Source: Carpediemonas membranifera BICM
Lineage: Eukaryota > Protista > Fornicata
NCBI GenBank assembly: GCA_019828565.1
Contig: JAHDYR010000043.1
Coordinates: 28,512-92,511, forward strand
Direction of reading: 5' to 3'
DNA length: 64,000 nt
In this document: in pieces, positions 46,294-57,526 of the stretch
Numbering within the stretch: position 1 is the stretch's first letter
Layout: each line of letters begins with the position of its first letter
Program-made: the position numbers and the translations under genes
Notes under the pieces: model-generated
The model's input: only the letters and a program-made list of their open reading frames with translations
Told to the model about the DNA's origin: nothing
Databases searched by the model: none

Positions 46294-47415
46294 TTATTCG
46301 CAAGTGTCACAACGGACGTTACCATCGAGGGCAACGTCGTCGGCGAGGTAAGACTCGTAAGACAGATGCTCAGTGAGGAACTGGGCAACGGCAGGGTGAG
46401 TCTGCATGCGCCGAGTAGCGATGGCAATGCTGCTCACATTGGGGCATTCCTCATAACTGACATGCAGGCGCAGAAGACCAGGGGCGTCAAAACGATAATG
46501 CCAAACACGCGAGACCGTGAAGGCTGCAGAAGTCATGTCTTGCAGAGTCAGCGACGGGGCGCGGTCAGCAGTAACCGGCATGAAGCCTGACAGAAGACTG
46601 AACTCCGCGTCGTCGAAGGAAGCGCCGCTACGCATGCGAGCGAAGTACTGACGAGCGAACTCAGCGCAATCAGCGCGGGTGAGGATACCGAGGGCCTCTC
46701 CCATGTGCAGCACAAAATATAGGTTGACATCGTGGCCGAGCATGACAGCACGGAAGACATGAGGACGCATGGTGACGATGCTGAGGCCAGAGCGATTCTC
46801 GATCTCTTGCTTGAGCGCGTTCGGCACATACGCGCGTTTGTCTCGAACAGCAGTGAGGTAGGCTGAAACGATGGCAGCATCAGTCGAATCGCGACGTATG
46901 GAGAGGTAAGCCGACATCGCCTGGAGTACGATAGCGTCACGGCAGAGATCAGCGCCGGCGTCATGCGAGTGCACTGCAGCGGAAGCGCGGGTGTAAGAGT
47001 GCAGCCGGTTGTCGGTGAGCAGCAGTAACTCAGTCCGGGGAGAGTTCCAGTAGTAGCTGACTGCCTGCCGGGTGACGAGTTCCACGTAGCCAGAGAGGGA
47101 TGGCGGGGTGTCGTCCGACTCGGAGTCAGACTCATTGTCGGTTGGGTCAGGAGAAGCCGGAAGGTAGCGTAGGTCGACGGCGTTAACGCTCTCGCTGTCA
47201 GATGCAGAACTGGTTACGGCGCCAGCAAGTTCCTCTGGGACATTAGGGACGTTTTGGCGCCTAGGAGCACGTCGCGGCTGGTAAGGGGTGAACAGCTCGA
47301 GGTAGGAACCAGTTTCAGAGATATGGCGACGGAGGAGACGGCAAAATTGCATTCTCGAAGTGTTAGTCGTAAGACGATTTAGAATAGTTTCCACAGCGGC
47401 GTCGAAATCCCCCAT
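46294..47415 (-). CDS. Antisense accessory ORF (373 aa) inside chromovirus-1, with possible degenerate C-terminal chromodomain
   Basis: Intact ATG-to-stop ORF tail-to-tail with pol and inside the LTRs; homologous to the frame at 63218-63970. Confidence 0.72.
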   Translation of the reverse strand: MGDFDAAVETILNRLTTNTSRMQFCRLLRRHISETGSYLELFTPYQPRRAPRRQNVPNVPEELAGAVTSSASDSESVNAVDLRYLPASPDPTDNESDSESDDTPPSLSGYVELVTRQAVSYYWNSPRTELLLLTDNRLHSYTRASAAVHSHDAGADLCRDAIVLQAMSAYLSIRRDSTDAAIVSAYLTAVRDKRAYVPNALKQEIENRSGLSIVTMRPHVFRAVMLGHDVNLYFVLHMGEALGILTRADCAEFARQYFARMRSGASFDDAEFSLLSGFMPVTADRAPSLTLQDMTSAAFTVSRVWHYRFDAPGLLRLHVSYEECPNVSSIAIATRRMQTHPAVAQFLTEHLSYESYLADDVALDGNVRCDTCE

Positions 47416-49645
47416 GAGCTGTGATCGTCTAGAAAGTCGACTTTCCAGAAAGCAAAAAATGCGAAATCGATGAAACGCAATGGTTACGCAACAATGCTGT
47501 TCAGAAGTGGAACATAGAGTTGTTTACATGGTGGAACTGATGTTGTTATTCAATATAGCCGCGTTTTCGGGATCCAAAAAGTGTTTCCGGCGGTGCAAAA
47601 CGAAAAAGTGCCATATCTCGCGAACGAGAAGGAATTGGAGCCTCTTAACCCGTTTTTTGAACGCCGTGTAAGATTAGGCGGAATGTAACCAACCTCTGGT
47701 AAGAATTGACATGGGGACATCGATGGCACCTAAAAGTGCGCCATTTGACCCTTTCAGAATCGTCGGGTATGTTTCAAAGACTTTCAAGAGGGGCAGGACC
47801 CCAGGTAAGGATACCCATAACATAGCGCGCTAATACAGTGGTACCACGCAAGATTTGATCAGATAATATTAGGTAATTTAGATTTGGTAGTGAGGTAAGC
47901 ATATCTCAGAAACGTGACTGGACATCACGCCGGGCATAAGACACAGGGTTTTTATAGCCAGTCTGGTCAACGGGTATCCGGTGAACTCGAAAGTCCCGAG
48001 CTCACAACGGTTCAGGCAATAGGGCTTAGTCCATTGCCAACTCCGGCTCCATGGCGAGTCCCCATGGAAGCGACGGTTACTGGAGCTTGTATCTGGGCAA
48101 TTCACCCGGACCAAGCACCTAGCACACCCTTCATAATAGTGTTGAGTTTTTTGATGCTCTACCGGAGCATGGGAGGGAAGTGTTGGTTCATCAATAGATT
48201 ATTTAATAGTCTTGAGTCGTCCAGCTCGACACATGGGTGTCGAGCTCTATTCTTTGTAAAGCTTTGTTCTCACGAACCCACAGCCTCGGCCAGAGTCCCG
48301 GAGTCACCCCGTCCTTCGGGGGATAGGCAGCCGTGGCTGCTGTGCGGTTCATCTGCATAGTATTCTTGCCTTTCTTCGAACTGGCCAGGATTGATCTGAC
48401 TCTGATTCGACCTAAGAGCCAGCATCAATAAGACCTCGACCGCTCAGCCGAAGATCGTCCGGTGCCTCCGCTCACCTTCAACGCGCTCCGCACGAGCCTA
48501 ACAGGCCACACAAACAAAACACAACAGGATGTTTAAAGCGGGCATCGGCGTTCTTCGGATGAGTGACGAGAATGAACTCGTCAAACGTAAAAGTGCTCGA
48601 GGACGCATGGTCCCCGAGCCGCCGCCGCCCACCGTGGGAGATCCAAGGGTGGATCCCCACCGGGTTGTGATTGGCGCGGCCACACCCGGACCACGCATGT
48701 CCGGACGCGACCGGGCCGTACGGTCAGTCTGACTGGGCAGACGGTCCGGTAGACTACGTCTATATCCCATAGGGGGGGGAGAAGAGTTTATTATCGATTG
48801 TGTGTTCTAGTGTAAGTAGTAAACTCCTCTCACCAGGGCCCGCTTACCTCGGCCGTGTTGGCCGGGACCCCGGAGTCACTCCCGTTCGGGAGGATAGCAG
48901 CCCACCGGCTGCGTCGCGGTTCATGCTTGCCATTCTTTGCTCTCTTTGTTGTAACGATGCGCTAATTTATTTCGACACACTGGTGTCGTCTCGGACCAAG
49001 TAGGACCAAGACGACACCCATAAAATATATAAATATTAATACGGTATTGCGACACTACCCCTCCCCCCCACCGAGAGTATTAAAGCCACTTTGCAAATTG
49101 TGTCAGAAACCCATCCGATGGTCGAGGATCTTCCTTCAGGGTGGAACCGGGTTCGACCCCCGGAGTCACCATATTTTTCATTGAATGGGTCTTAACCTGC
49201 ACGACCCAGCGATGAGTCGAAAAGAAGGAGGAGGCGAAGGACGGAAAAAAATGGAAAGGGTGTACTCGATATGCCCTTGCAGCGGCCTACCTCCACCTCC
49301 TGTCTGAGGTCTGAGTACCTCGTGTGGTGGCCGAAACACGAGTCGATGGCGAAAGAGTGAACGGGGAAGATGATCGCAACGAGAGCTGAACCCGAGGGAA
49401 ATGGGGAGATATATAAAGGTGATTGTACTGCTGTAGCACTAGGTTCTCACGGGCATTGGTTCCCCCGCAATGCGCAAAAATTTGGAATCAATCGACTATC
49501 GATTAACTGGGGAGGTTTGGACCGAAATTCCCCGCAAAAGAGGTGTAACAAGCATGTGTAGAGCGATATTGGGCGGAATAATTACTTCCTGGGGGGTAAT
49601 TGAGCATAATTGGCTGCTCGCCGATTGAGTTGCCTAATACTGCGG

Positions 49646-51295
49646 CTAGGACCGGGCCCGCCACCTGCGACGAATACGAGCCAGAGTCGGCTCTAGTGCA
49701 GGGTTCTCGCGCAAATATTGGTCTAGGGCCTCCAGCTGGTCGGTGTCTCTGGTAAAACTAATCCAAGAGTCTTCGCTCGGCTCGTAGCCCAGCCAGTGGA
49801 CTTTGAATTCGACCTTGGACCCCTTGTTTGAGACCCTGTGCTTGTAGACATTGTCGACCACGTACTCACCGCACTCGGCGGCAAGTCTAGCGATCAGGGC
49901 TTGCTCGTCCTCTGGCGTCTCGACAGGAATGAGTCGCTCATCGCTGACCAGGACCTCTGCCAGCGACACTAAGTCGCGAACCACGTGCGTAGCGGGCGAT
50001 TCGCCGGCTCGTACAACCTTCATCGGGCCCCGGAGGCTGGTGAGCAGCTTGGGAGCTCTGCCAACGTAGCGGAGGAGTGCGAAGGAGCCATCCGGGAAGC
50101 TCGGAGGTGTGTCGCTGTCCTCGCCGCTCTTGTTTCGTTCGCTATACCGTTGGAGATGAGCCTTGGCTTGCAGACGGCGGGTATTAAGGGCGTCGCGGAA
50201 CGCCTTCAGGCAATCGGCTTGGCCCGCCGACATTTCCTTAAATAGGGCCCACGCCCGCTCGTATTGCGCGACTGAAAACTGCTCGGAGTCGGATCCCGAA
50301 TTGCCTGTCACTAGGCGTAAGGGGGCTTGCCCCGTGGCCCGTGTTGGCCGTGTATTAATGATGTACTGCACTAAAGGGAGGAAAGGAACCCAGTCATAGT
50401 CCTGGCTGTCAAATAGTAAACCCCGCAACAGACGAAGGACTTTTCCATTCGTGCGTTCAACAATTCCGTTGGAGGCTGGGTGATGTGGGGTCGAGTAACG
50501 ATGCTTGAGGGAGAGGATCCGGTTGACTTCAGCGTCCACTTGGTTCCTAAATTCCGGTCCGCCATCAGTTTGAAGTAGCGCTGGTTTCCCAAATAGGGCC
50601 CAGACTTCTAGCATTGCTTGGGCTGTCTCGGCGGCCGTGGTTGATCTCACCGGCTTCAGTACCACGTATTTCGTGAAGACATCTGTGAAGACCAAGACGC
50701 CCTTGTACTCACCGCTAGCCCCCAGGGAGAGAGTGTCGACTTGGACGCATTCAAAGGGCGTGTACCGGTGTGTGCTGTTCTTCGCCGGGGGCGTTCGCTT
50801 GTGTGCGCGCAACTTCTGGCATGTCAAGCACTGCTTGACTACCCGCTTGGCGAGTGCCGAGACGTCGGGCCAAACATGACCCGCCTCCATCGCAAGAGTC
50901 GTAAGGCGTACTGCCTTGGGGTGGCCATTGGCGCCCTCATGCAGATCTTGAAGTATGCGCAGCTTCTCCTCCTCCGATGGTACGATCTCGGCACTGTTCA
51001 CAGTCTTAGTCGACGATTCTAGCCGTGAAAGAGCGTCGGCGACCACATTATGCTCGCCTGATATGTGGGCAATGTTGAAATTGAATTCTTGCAAAGCAAT
51101 CCGCCAGCGCATCACCTTGGGGGATACGAGGGAGCGGCGCATGAGGTACACAATATTCCGGTGGTCTGTGTGGATAGTGAGCGAGTTAACCATCTTGAGT
51201 AGAGGACTCAAGTCAGGCCGGGTGAGGGTATGAAGGATTGCGTACAGCTCCTTGTCGTAGGTGGCCCAGCGCCTCTGCGTCGCGTTAAATAATTT
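49646..51295 (-). pseudogene. Chromovirus-2 RNase H C-part, integrase, chromodomain (left arm)
   Basis: KELYAI, TDH, ADALSR, H...H...CLTC, QVD, QTDGG, NGIVER, HWLGYEPSEDSW. Confidence 0.92.
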
Positions 51296-51309
51296 CGACT
51301 GACGGTTCG

Positions 51310-52693
51310 ACTGACGGTTCCATTTCGACAACTAACCACTGTACTGAGGCTTGGTTACACCTCACGCTGGCGGGAGCCCCAACGCGGTTTAAGGCGAAGT
51401 TCGCAATCCTCAGTGGGGACCGCGAGAAAATCCTTATTGGCACCGACATTCTTCGTGTACTCGGGCTTCTCACGAAGGATTCCTTATTCCTCCAGCTCGT
51501 AGCCGAAAATCTGAGCAAGGAGGACGGGGACGACATTCCGCTGAGTTTGAACCAGTTAGACGTCTCGGAGGACGTTGGTGCTGTTGAAATTCCCGAATCC
51601 GCGAGCGCCACGCTCCGAAGCGAGGTACGAGCGCTACTTGCTGAGTATTCCACGTTGTTCGGCCCCATTCCGGCTCAAGGAGCCAAGGTTGAACCTATGC
51701 GGATCCGATTGAATGACCCGGACGCCCTGGTCCAGGAACGAGCCCGGAGACTATCAGGGGAACGACGCCTTCAGGTGCGGGAAGAAGTAACCCGCCTACG
51801 CCACCTTGGCATCACCAGGAACAGCGTCGGACCGTTCTCCTCCCCGATCGTGGTAGTGGATAAGAAGAACGGCGCCATACGCCTCTGTGTGGACTACACA
51901 AAGCTCAACATTCTCACCATTCGTGACCATTTTCCCCTTCCCGACTTGAAAACCTTCGTGCAGGAGGCGGCGGGGGCTCAATTCTTCGCCAGCTTGGACT
52001 TGACGTCCGGGTACCATCAGATGCCCCTCCACGAGGAAGACAGAGCTATGACGGCGTTTGTAACACCTGACGACTACGAGGAGTTCAACCGAGTCCCATT
52101 CGGGCTGACTAACGCTCCGAGTTATTTCCAGCGTACCATGCAATCCATCCTCGCCCCGGTACTCCACCGGGGGGTGCTGGTCTATATTGACGACATCTTA
52201 ATCTACGCCCAATCTGAGGAGGAACTTATAGCACGCTTAGAGCAAACCTTCCAGTTGCTGACAAAGTATGACCTTCGGCTTAGCCCGGCAAAATGTGTGA
52301 TCGGCGCGGAGGAGTTAGACATCGTGGGCTTCCACCTTTCCCGCGAGGGGAAGAGCATCGACAAGCGACGAATTGAAGCACTCACGTCGATAGAGGCTCC
52401 GAGCAATGTTTCAGGGGTCAGAACACTCTTAGGGATGTTTAATTACGTGATCGACTTCATCCCAGCCGCGGCGGACCTTGTGGACCCCCTCTATGAGCTG
52501 ATCAGGAACGCCGGTGAGCCATTCGTATGGGGACCACGCCAAGAGGAAGCCCTCGTGGCCCTGAGAGAGGCGGTAGCCCAAGAGACCGTCCTGGCTCAGC
52601 CTGATCCCAGCCTGCCATGGGACGTTCACACTGACGCAAGCGACCGGGGGCTTGGGGCCGTAATCACCCAGGAAGAGATTCAGCAAGAGAAGC
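51310..52693 (+). pseudogene. Chromovirus-2 protease C-half, RT, RNase H N-part
   Basis: ILIGTDIL, LCVDY, SLDLTSGYHQ, VPFGLTNAP, YIDD, TDASDRGLG. Confidence 0.92.
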
Positions 52694-53093
52694 GGTTCAA
52701 CCTTGGCTCCTTGAGCCGGAATGGGGCCGAACAACGTGGAATACTCAGCAAGTAGCGCTCGTACCTCGCTTCGGAGCGTGGCGCTCGCGGATTCGGGAAT
52801 TTCAACAGCACCAACGTCCTCCGAGACGTCTAACTGGTTCAAACTCAGCGGAATGTCGTCCCCGTCCTCCTTGCTCAGATTTTCGGCTACGAGCTGGAGG
52901 AATAAGGAATCCTTCGTGAGAAGCCCGAGTACACGAAGAATGTCGGTGCCAATAAGGATTTTCTCGCGGTCCCCACTGAGGATTGCGAACTTCGCCTTAA
53001 AGCGCGTTGGGGCTCCCGCCAGCGTGAGGTGTAACCAAGCCTCAGTACAGTGGTTAGTTGTCGAAATGGAACCGTCAGTCGAACCGTCAGTCG

Positions 53094-54743
53094 AAATTAT
53101 TTAACGCGACGCAGAGGCGCTGGGCCACCTACGACAAGGAGCTGTACGCAATCCTTCATACCCTCACCCGGCCTGACTTGAGTCCTCTACTCAAGATGGT
53201 TAACTCGCTCACTATCCACACAGACCACCGGAATATTGTGTACCTCATGCGCCGCTCCCTCGTATCCCCCAAGGTGATGCGCTGGCGGATTGCTTTGCAA
53301 GAATTCAATTTCAACATTGCCCACATATCAGGCGAGCATAATGTGGTCGCCGACGCTCTTTCACGGCTAGAATCGTCGACTAAGACTGTGAACAGTGCCG
53401 AGATCGTACCATCGGAGGAGGAGAAGCTGCGCATACTTCAAGATCTGCATGAGGGCGCCAATGGCCACCCCAAGGCAGTACGCCTTACGACTCTTGCGAT
53501 GGAGGCGGGTCATGTTTGGCCCGACGTCTCGGCACTCGCCAAGCGGGTAGTCAAGCAGTGCTTGACATGCCAGAAGTTGCGCGCACACAAGCGAACGCCC
53601 CCGGCGAAGAACAGCACACACCGGTACACGCCCTTTGAATGCGTCCAAGTCGACACTCTCTCCCTGGGGGCTAGCGGTGAGTACAAGGGCGTCTTGGTCT
53701 TCACAGATGTCTTCACGAAATACGTGGTACTGAAGCCGGTGAGATCAACCACGGCCGCCGAGACAGCCCAAGCAATGCTAGAAGTCTGGGCCCTATTTGG
53801 GAAACCAGCGCTACTTCAAACTGATGGCGGACCGGAATTTAGGAACCAAGTGGACGCTGAAGTCAACCGGATCCTCTCCCTCAAGCATCGTTACTCGACC
53901 CCACATCACCCAGCCTCCAACGGAATTGTTGAACGCACGAATGGAAAAGTCCTTCGTCTGTTGCGGGGTTTACTATTTGACAGCCAGGACTATGACTGGG
54001 TTCCTTTCCTCCCTTTAGTGCAGTACATCATTAATACACGGCCAACACGGGCCACGGGGCAAGCCCCCTTACGCCTAGTGACAGGCAATTCGGGATCCGA
54101 CTCCGAGCAGTTTTCAGTCGCGCAATACGAGCGGGCGTGGGCCCTATTTAAGGAAATGTCGGCGGGCCAAGCCGATTGCCTGAAGGCGTTCCGCGACGCC
54201 CTTAATACCCGCCGTCTGCAAGCCAAGGCTCATCTCCAACGGTATAGCGAACGAAACAAGAGCGGCGAGGACAGCGACACACCTCCGAGCTTCCCGGATG
54301 GCTCCTTCGCACTCCTCCGCTACGTTGGCAGAGCTCCCAAGCTGCTCACCAGCCTCCGGGGCCCGATGAAGGTTGTACGAGCCGGCGAATCGCCCGCTAC
54401 GCACGTGGTTCGCGACTTAGTGTCGCTGGCAGAGGTCCTGGTCAGCGATGAGCGACTCATTCCTGTCGAGACGCCAGAGGACGAGCAAGCCCTGATCGCT
54501 AGACTTGCCGCCGAGTGCGGTGAGTACGTGGTCGACAATGTCTACAAGCACAGGGTCTCAAACAAGGGGTCCAAGGTCGAATTCAAAGTCCACTGGCTGG
54601 GCTACGAGCCGAGCGAAGACTCTTGGATTAGTTTTACCAGAGACACCGACCAGCTGGAGGCCCTAGACCAATATTTGCGCGAGAACCCTGCACTAGAGCC
54701 GACTCTGGCTCGTATTCGTCGCAGGTGGCGGGCCCGGTCCTAG
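53094..54743 (+). pseudogene. Chromovirus-2 RNase H C-part, integrase, chromodomain (right arm)
   Basis: Same translation as the left arm. Confidence 0.92.
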
Positions 54744-55334
54744 CCGCAGTATTAGGCAACTCAATCGGCGAGCAGCCAATTATGCTCAATTACCCCCCAG
54801 GAAGTAATTATTCCGCCCAATATCGCTCTACACATGCTTGTTACACCTCTTTTGCGGGGAATTTCGGTCCAAACCTCCCCAGTTAATCGATAGTCGATTG
54901 ATTCCAAATTTTTGCGCATTGCGGGGGAACCAATGCCCGTGAGAACCTAGTGCTACAGCAGTACAATCACCTTTATATATCTCCCCATTTCCCTCGGGTT
55001 CAGCTCTCGTTGCGATCATCTTCCCCGTTCACTCTTTCGCCATCGACTCGTGTTTCGGCCACCACACGAGGTACTCAGACCTCAGACAGGAGGTGGAGGT
55101 AGGCCGCTGCAAGGGCATATCGAGTACACCCTTTCCATTTTTTTCCGTCCTTCGCCTCCTCCTTCTTTTCGACTCATCGCTGGGTCGTGCAGGTTAAGAC
55201 CCATTCAATGAAAAATATGGTGACTCCGGGGGTCGAACCCGGTTCCACCCTGAAGGAAGATCCTCGACCATCGGATGGGTTTCTGACACAATTTGCAAAG
55301 TGGCTTTAATACTCTCGGTGGGGGGGAGGGGTAG

Positions 55335-55439
55335 TGTCGCAATACCGTATTAATGTTTATATATTTTATGGGTGTCGTCTTGGTCCTACTTGGTCCGAGA
55401 CGACACCAGTGTGTCGAAATAAATTAGCGCATCGTTACA
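55335..55439 (+). repeat. Chromovirus-2 3' LTR (105 bp; mirror at 48950-49054)
   Basis: TGTCGC...GTTACA preceded by PPT GGGGGGGAGGGG; internal GGTGTCGTCT/AGACGACACC hairpin. Confidence 0.8.
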
Positions 55440-57329
55440 ACGAGCGAGGCATCTGTCATGACTGTCACCTCGAGCTGTTGCGACATACCCCAGAGATGGA
55501 GCAGCTCGCTGGTTGATCTCGTAGGAGAAGGTCTTTCCAAGCGGGTCTTCCACGCTATCAGTGCGTCCCGAGCATCGCCGTGGATCCGAGTTCGGTACTT
55601 GTGCTTGAGTGACTGGGCAGCGCGTTGAAGCGGCCTCAGCTGGGCCACGCCGTCTGGCCAGATCAACGACGCGAAGCTGAGGTTCCCCAGGAGCCTGGCA
55701 GCCGAGTGCTCCGTTAGCCCGGATGCCAGGGCTTCTATCACCCTCGATAGGTACTTCAGACGCTTGCTCTCGTCTAGCTTCAGCCCCTCGCGGAGTGAAT
55801 CGATCACGAAGCCAAGGAACGTCGTGGACTGCGTAGGAATGAGCTGGGACTTCTGTCTGTTGATTACCAGGCCCATATCCGTCAAGAGGCGGATGATCTT
55901 CGGCATTGCCTCCGTCAGGATCTCTTTGCGGCCCGAAAAGAGCCAGTCGTCCAGATAAATGGTTATGTTCACCCCCGGAAACCTCCTGGCCACGACTGCG
56001 CCCGCTTCTAGCATTATCCGTTGGAAGTGAAATGGCGCAGCTTTCCAGCCGAATGGGAGGACTCGAAACGCATACGGCCTGCCGTCCACAATGAAGCCTA
56101 GGAGAGTCCTGTCGGCGGGGCGGACCCCAACCTGATAATAACCCTTGGTTAAGTCTAATCTGGTGAGCCAGTCGCCCGGGCGAATCGTCGCGAGCGCCCT
56201 CTTGATCCCGTGCAATCTGAACGTCCTGTTCTCGGAGGAAACAGCATTCAGCGACCTGAGGTCGTGAATCAGTCTCGTCTCGGCGAGGGACTTCGGGATG
56301 GTGAAAATCGGAGAGACGAGCGTCGGTGATCGCATCGGCACTGCTGCTCCGAGGTGGAGGAGCGTCTGTAGATGGCGACGGAATTCTTTCCTGTCCTGCG
56401 ACCGCACTGGTGGGAGGCTCGGATGCCGCGGTCTGCTGAACAGGGAGATTGGTACGCCGTCGCGCAACCACGTGACCACTTCTGATGGCACGCCTAATGC
56501 CTTCCAGAGCCGCCACGTCTTGTTGATGCTCGGGAATGGACGTGTTTCCGCGCAATTGGTCTCTAGCGCTATCAGATGGCTCTGAGGGGATGGTAATGGG
56601 TGAGGGGACGTTGGAGGGGACGGTGGGGGAGAGGGAGGAGGCGATGGGGGAGGAGATTGAGGAGGACATGGATGAAGAGGAGGGAATGAATGATGATGAT
56701 GAATTTTGGACAGAGGGCGGTTTACCGATTGTTTGCCCTCTTGGGTTTCCTCGGCTTCCGAAAATCCTCGTCCTGTCTCGTTCGCTCCTTGAGGTGCGGG
56801 TTCTTCGCCAGAGTCTTAAACACAACCTCGCTGTCAATCTTCTCAGGGCCCATGTCGGGTTTCTCTGCGAGGGCCGCCGAGCCGGCAGTGGCGACCGAGA
56901 GACCAACGAGGTAACCATACCGGTCCTTACACCACAGAACACGGTGGCGGAGGTACAGGCGCGAGAGCAATCCATAGCCGTTCAGGCGTCCGAACTTGAA
57001 GCCTCGGAACTCAGCTTCCTCCTTCATTGACTGGGAAGCAGGGCGTTTCCAGGAAAGATTTGCCTCCTCCTGAAGCTGAGCCACGGTGGTTTTGAGCTTC
57101 CTCTCTTCGGTCTTGTCATCGAGCTGCTCCTTTAGCTTGTCCAAAGCTCCGGAGAGTTCTGCGATCTTGGCCGTCGCTTGCGTTAGCTCTTCTTGCTCAT
57201 TGGCGTTCATGCTTGCCATTCTTTGCTCTCTTTCCTGAACTGCGACGATTTGATCGGAATCAATTCGATCAGATTAACCTCGACCGCTCAGCCGAAGCGT
57301 GGGCGTGGCGCTCCGCTCACCTACCAAAA

Positions 57330-57403
57330 GCCCCTATAGCTCAGTCGGTACGAGCGATAGTCTCATAAGCTATAGGTCGTGAGTTCGAGCCTCACTGGGG
57401 GCA
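57330..57403 (+). tRNA. tRNA-Met(CAT), elongator type
   Basis: Identical to 31057-31130; TTTT terminator at 57407-57410. Confidence 0.96.
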
Positions 57404-57526
57404 TCCTTTTACTAGATCTTGAGATTGAGGGTAGCAGTCGAGGCTTCGCGGGGCGAGATCGAGGTAGTACTTGGGTTCTGGGGGGTCTCAGGGCCGTGTA
57501 GCGTCATGTGACGGGGGTATCGGTCA
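57392..57526 (+). repeat. 135-bp direct repeat (other copy 61146-61280) flanking the CRE-like element
   Basis: TCACTGGGGGCATCC...GGTATCGGTCA present on both sides. Confidence 0.93.

Larger units (their letters stand above)
38137..48282 (+). mobile_element. Chromovirus-1: Ty3/Gypsy LTR retrotransposon with identical 102-bp LTRs, interrupted by LINE copy 4
   Basis: LTRs 38137-38238 and 48181-48282 (TG...CA); TSD GCCT; PPT GGGAGGGAAG 48171-48180. Confidence 0.93.
38017..48477 (-). mobile_element. YR-10: solo A-C-B remnant split by chromovirus-1 (pieces 38017-38136 and 48283-48477)
   Basis: A repeat AGGTGAGCGGAG...CTTCGGCTGAGCGGTCGAGG as in YR-11; hairpin 2 is restored when the 4-bp TSD is collapsed. 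Confidence 0.78.
48948..55441. repeat. 6.5-kb fold-back of chromovirus-2: inverted arms 48948-51695 and 52694-55441 (2748 bp) around a 998-bp spacer
   Basis: Mirror ORFs (49646-51331 minus = 53058-54743 plus); paired coordinates sum to 104389 throughout. Confidence 0.95.
48727..57322 (-). mobile_element. YR-11: YR retrotransposon ~7 bp upstream of tRNA-Met; RNaseH-to-A2 part replaced by the chromovirus-2 palindrome
   Basis: gag 56722-57219; RT ~55442-56730 (YLDD, TDAS); A2 tail at ~48919-48947 matches ~57205-57233; C-B at 48727-48900. Confidence 0.87.

Noticed and set aside
48550-48600. Hammerhead ribozyme (CGGATGAG-stem-CGTAAA)
   Set aside because: The core deviates from CTGANGA...GAAA and I could not form stems I/III.
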